From Podarcis melisellensis (Eukaryota): a stretch of DNA of 64,000 nucleotides. The stretch lies in NCBI GenBank assembly GCA_964234715.1, contig OZ174278.1, one strand, 5' to 3'. A program made the translations under genes and the position numbers. Shown in pieces: positions 62,007-64,000 of this stretch. Within the stretch, counting starts at the first letter, position 1. Every line of letters starts with the position of its first letter. Under the pieces are notes generated by a model. It saw only the letters and a list, made by a program, of their open reading frames with translations, had not been told where the DNA came from and ran no database searches.

Positions 62007-64000
62007 TCACAACCACAGCCATCAGATGGCTGTCCCACAACAATATATTCTTAGAAGAAGGAGTATGAACATGGCAGCAGGACTGCAGCTAAGAACAGAA
62101 TCACACATCAGCAACCACCCACTTTCTTAACAGCCAAATTTGGGTCTCACAAATGCTTTGTTACTCTGATAACTATTGATCTGCCCTCATCTGGTAGGGG
62201 GAAAAGCAGGTGCTCCTGAACTTTTACGTGATCCCTTTTAACTAAAAACAAGCACCAGCTTTTTGCCAAAGGAAAGGCATGCTTCACAGAACAGGATTCA
62301 GAAATAATGCATCAGGCCAATTTCCCCATTCTCTCCTCCTGTGCTCAGCCAATCAGATAGAATGTAGAGGAGGCTTTTAATTTGCAGCATTTCTTGTCTC
62401 CCCATGTATCTCTCCTTGCAAGTATCTGACACGTAATACCTAGGAAAAGAGGACAGTTGAAACATACTGGGTGTCTGTTGGAAGAAGTCCCCAATGTGTC
62501 TTGGACAGGGCTGTTCTTCCCATCAGCACAGATGAGTGCTAGGGCTGCAATGCTGATAAGTATCTGAACACAGTGTGTCATTTGAAGGTAAATCAAGGCT
62601 GACAGTGAGAGCTTAAGGAAAAAAAATACTTAGTAAGGTAGTGAGAATAAAGGAAGCTGGCGGACAGACGGACCTCTGCATGTAACATGAGGCTAGACAA
62701 ATGGAGCTGTGGGGGAAAGGAGGCAGAGAAGAGTTCAGTGGCTGTGAGTTCTAATCATAGACCATAAATCTACCAGTAGCATTGCTATACCAACCATGGG
62801 CCAAGACAATCTGCTTTTTAACTGGCAACCCTGTAATCCGCTCTGTGAACAGATGGCACAGAGAGGAAGATATGAGAACTACAAACAAGCATTCCCTGGT
62901 AGTCGTACCAAAAACTGCCAAACTTCCAGCAGAGGAGAGATGGATGCAAGAAAAGCTCTTCTCCCTCTGTCGATTCTTTGGTGGGAGAGAAACAACACAC
63001 ACATTTTTTAAAAAATCTAACAGGAGCCTAACAGGCTGTGAGCTTTAAAACCCTGGTTGTCTGTGAATTTGGAACCAGTCTTTCAAGTACAGCTTGAGAG
63101 GTGTCTCCGCTCCCACGCTCTCCTCCCCTACCGCTATCATGATTTACTTTAGAGCAGCAGCCCTTGGTTTTCAACCTACTATCAAGTGGCAGAGAACAGC
63201 TTTTGTGCAGCTTTCGACCGAGGGTGCTTCCACACAACCTGCTTTTTGAGTGTTTGTCCCAATTTGTTTGCTGGGAGACTAGATGACATTGAGACTATTT
63301 AATGAGCATCAAAGCAAGTGTTAGTCCACACTTTTTGCTGCTTTTCTCACAGGCTGAACCTGTGAGTTTGGCACCAAAGTGGCTCTTTAATTTGCTTGAA
63401 CTGAAAACTTTGTGAAAACATCACAAGGAACTCTGTGTAGCCGTGTGATTCACTCAAGATGAAGAACCCTGGAAACCCCAGGACAAAAAGCCATGCAGAC
63501 AGTTGCCTGGTAGGGAGGTAGGCAGAGGTTTGGACCTGTTTTCTGAGACTGTTTATTTTGTTCTGCAAGGATCTTTCCTGCAAGTTAGCAATGGTCTTGA
63601 AAAGATGTTAATTCACACTTCTTTACATGTTTCTGGTGGTGAAGACTGCTGAATGATTTTCCCCCCTTTTTGTTAGAATTGCTCAGATGATCATTGTGTG
63701 TGAAAGTTGTCTTTGAAATGCAGATTTGACTGGAATATGTACCCAGAAAGAAAGAAGGCCTGAAGAAACCTTGATGGACTGGGAATAAGCTTTTATCATA
63801 TTGGGTTGGGTTTAAAAAAGTAATTGTGTTTCATGATTTGCCTTTGTTTGTTTGTTTTAAATGCCTTACTACCTGTTCTGTATTTCTTCTGCACATCTGG
63901 AACAGATGTGACTTTGTTACAGGGGATAATGTTATGATTTTGGGGGGTAGAGGGAAGATTCCCCTAAAAGTCCTAAGTGCCATATCCCCCCATAATTTCT

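Overview
This is non-coding vertebrate genomic DNA, almost certainly from a squamate and most likely a lacertid lizard. The call rests on three Sauria SINE copies with (ACCTTT)n tails, squamate-type CR1/L2 remnants and lizard-type hAT and Tc1/mariner MITEs. I find no protein-coding gene. All listed ORFs are under 190 aa and none resembles a host protein; the only recognisable peptides are decayed CR1/L2 ORF2 fragments. The window looks like a large intron or gene desert: transposon relics of many ages alternate with repeat-poor blocks rich in homeodomain motifs, and there is one 170-N assembly gap. I cannot support a novel multi-gene system. The best leads are: (1) a minimal hammerhead ribozyme core in a Penelope-like fragment (~55.2 kb); (2) three different hAT MITEs stacked at one CTCTAGAG target (~30.1-30.7 kb); (3) a TSD-flanked hAT element built from nested palindromes, with a pre-miRNA-sized hairpin (~22.7-23.2 kb); (4) two AmnSINE1-like relics; (5) a candidate 9-nt microexon (~63.35 kb); (6) a near-perfect 140-bp tandem duplication. 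Repeat family names come from my recall of consensus motifs, not from a database search. Boundaries without a TSD are approximate.
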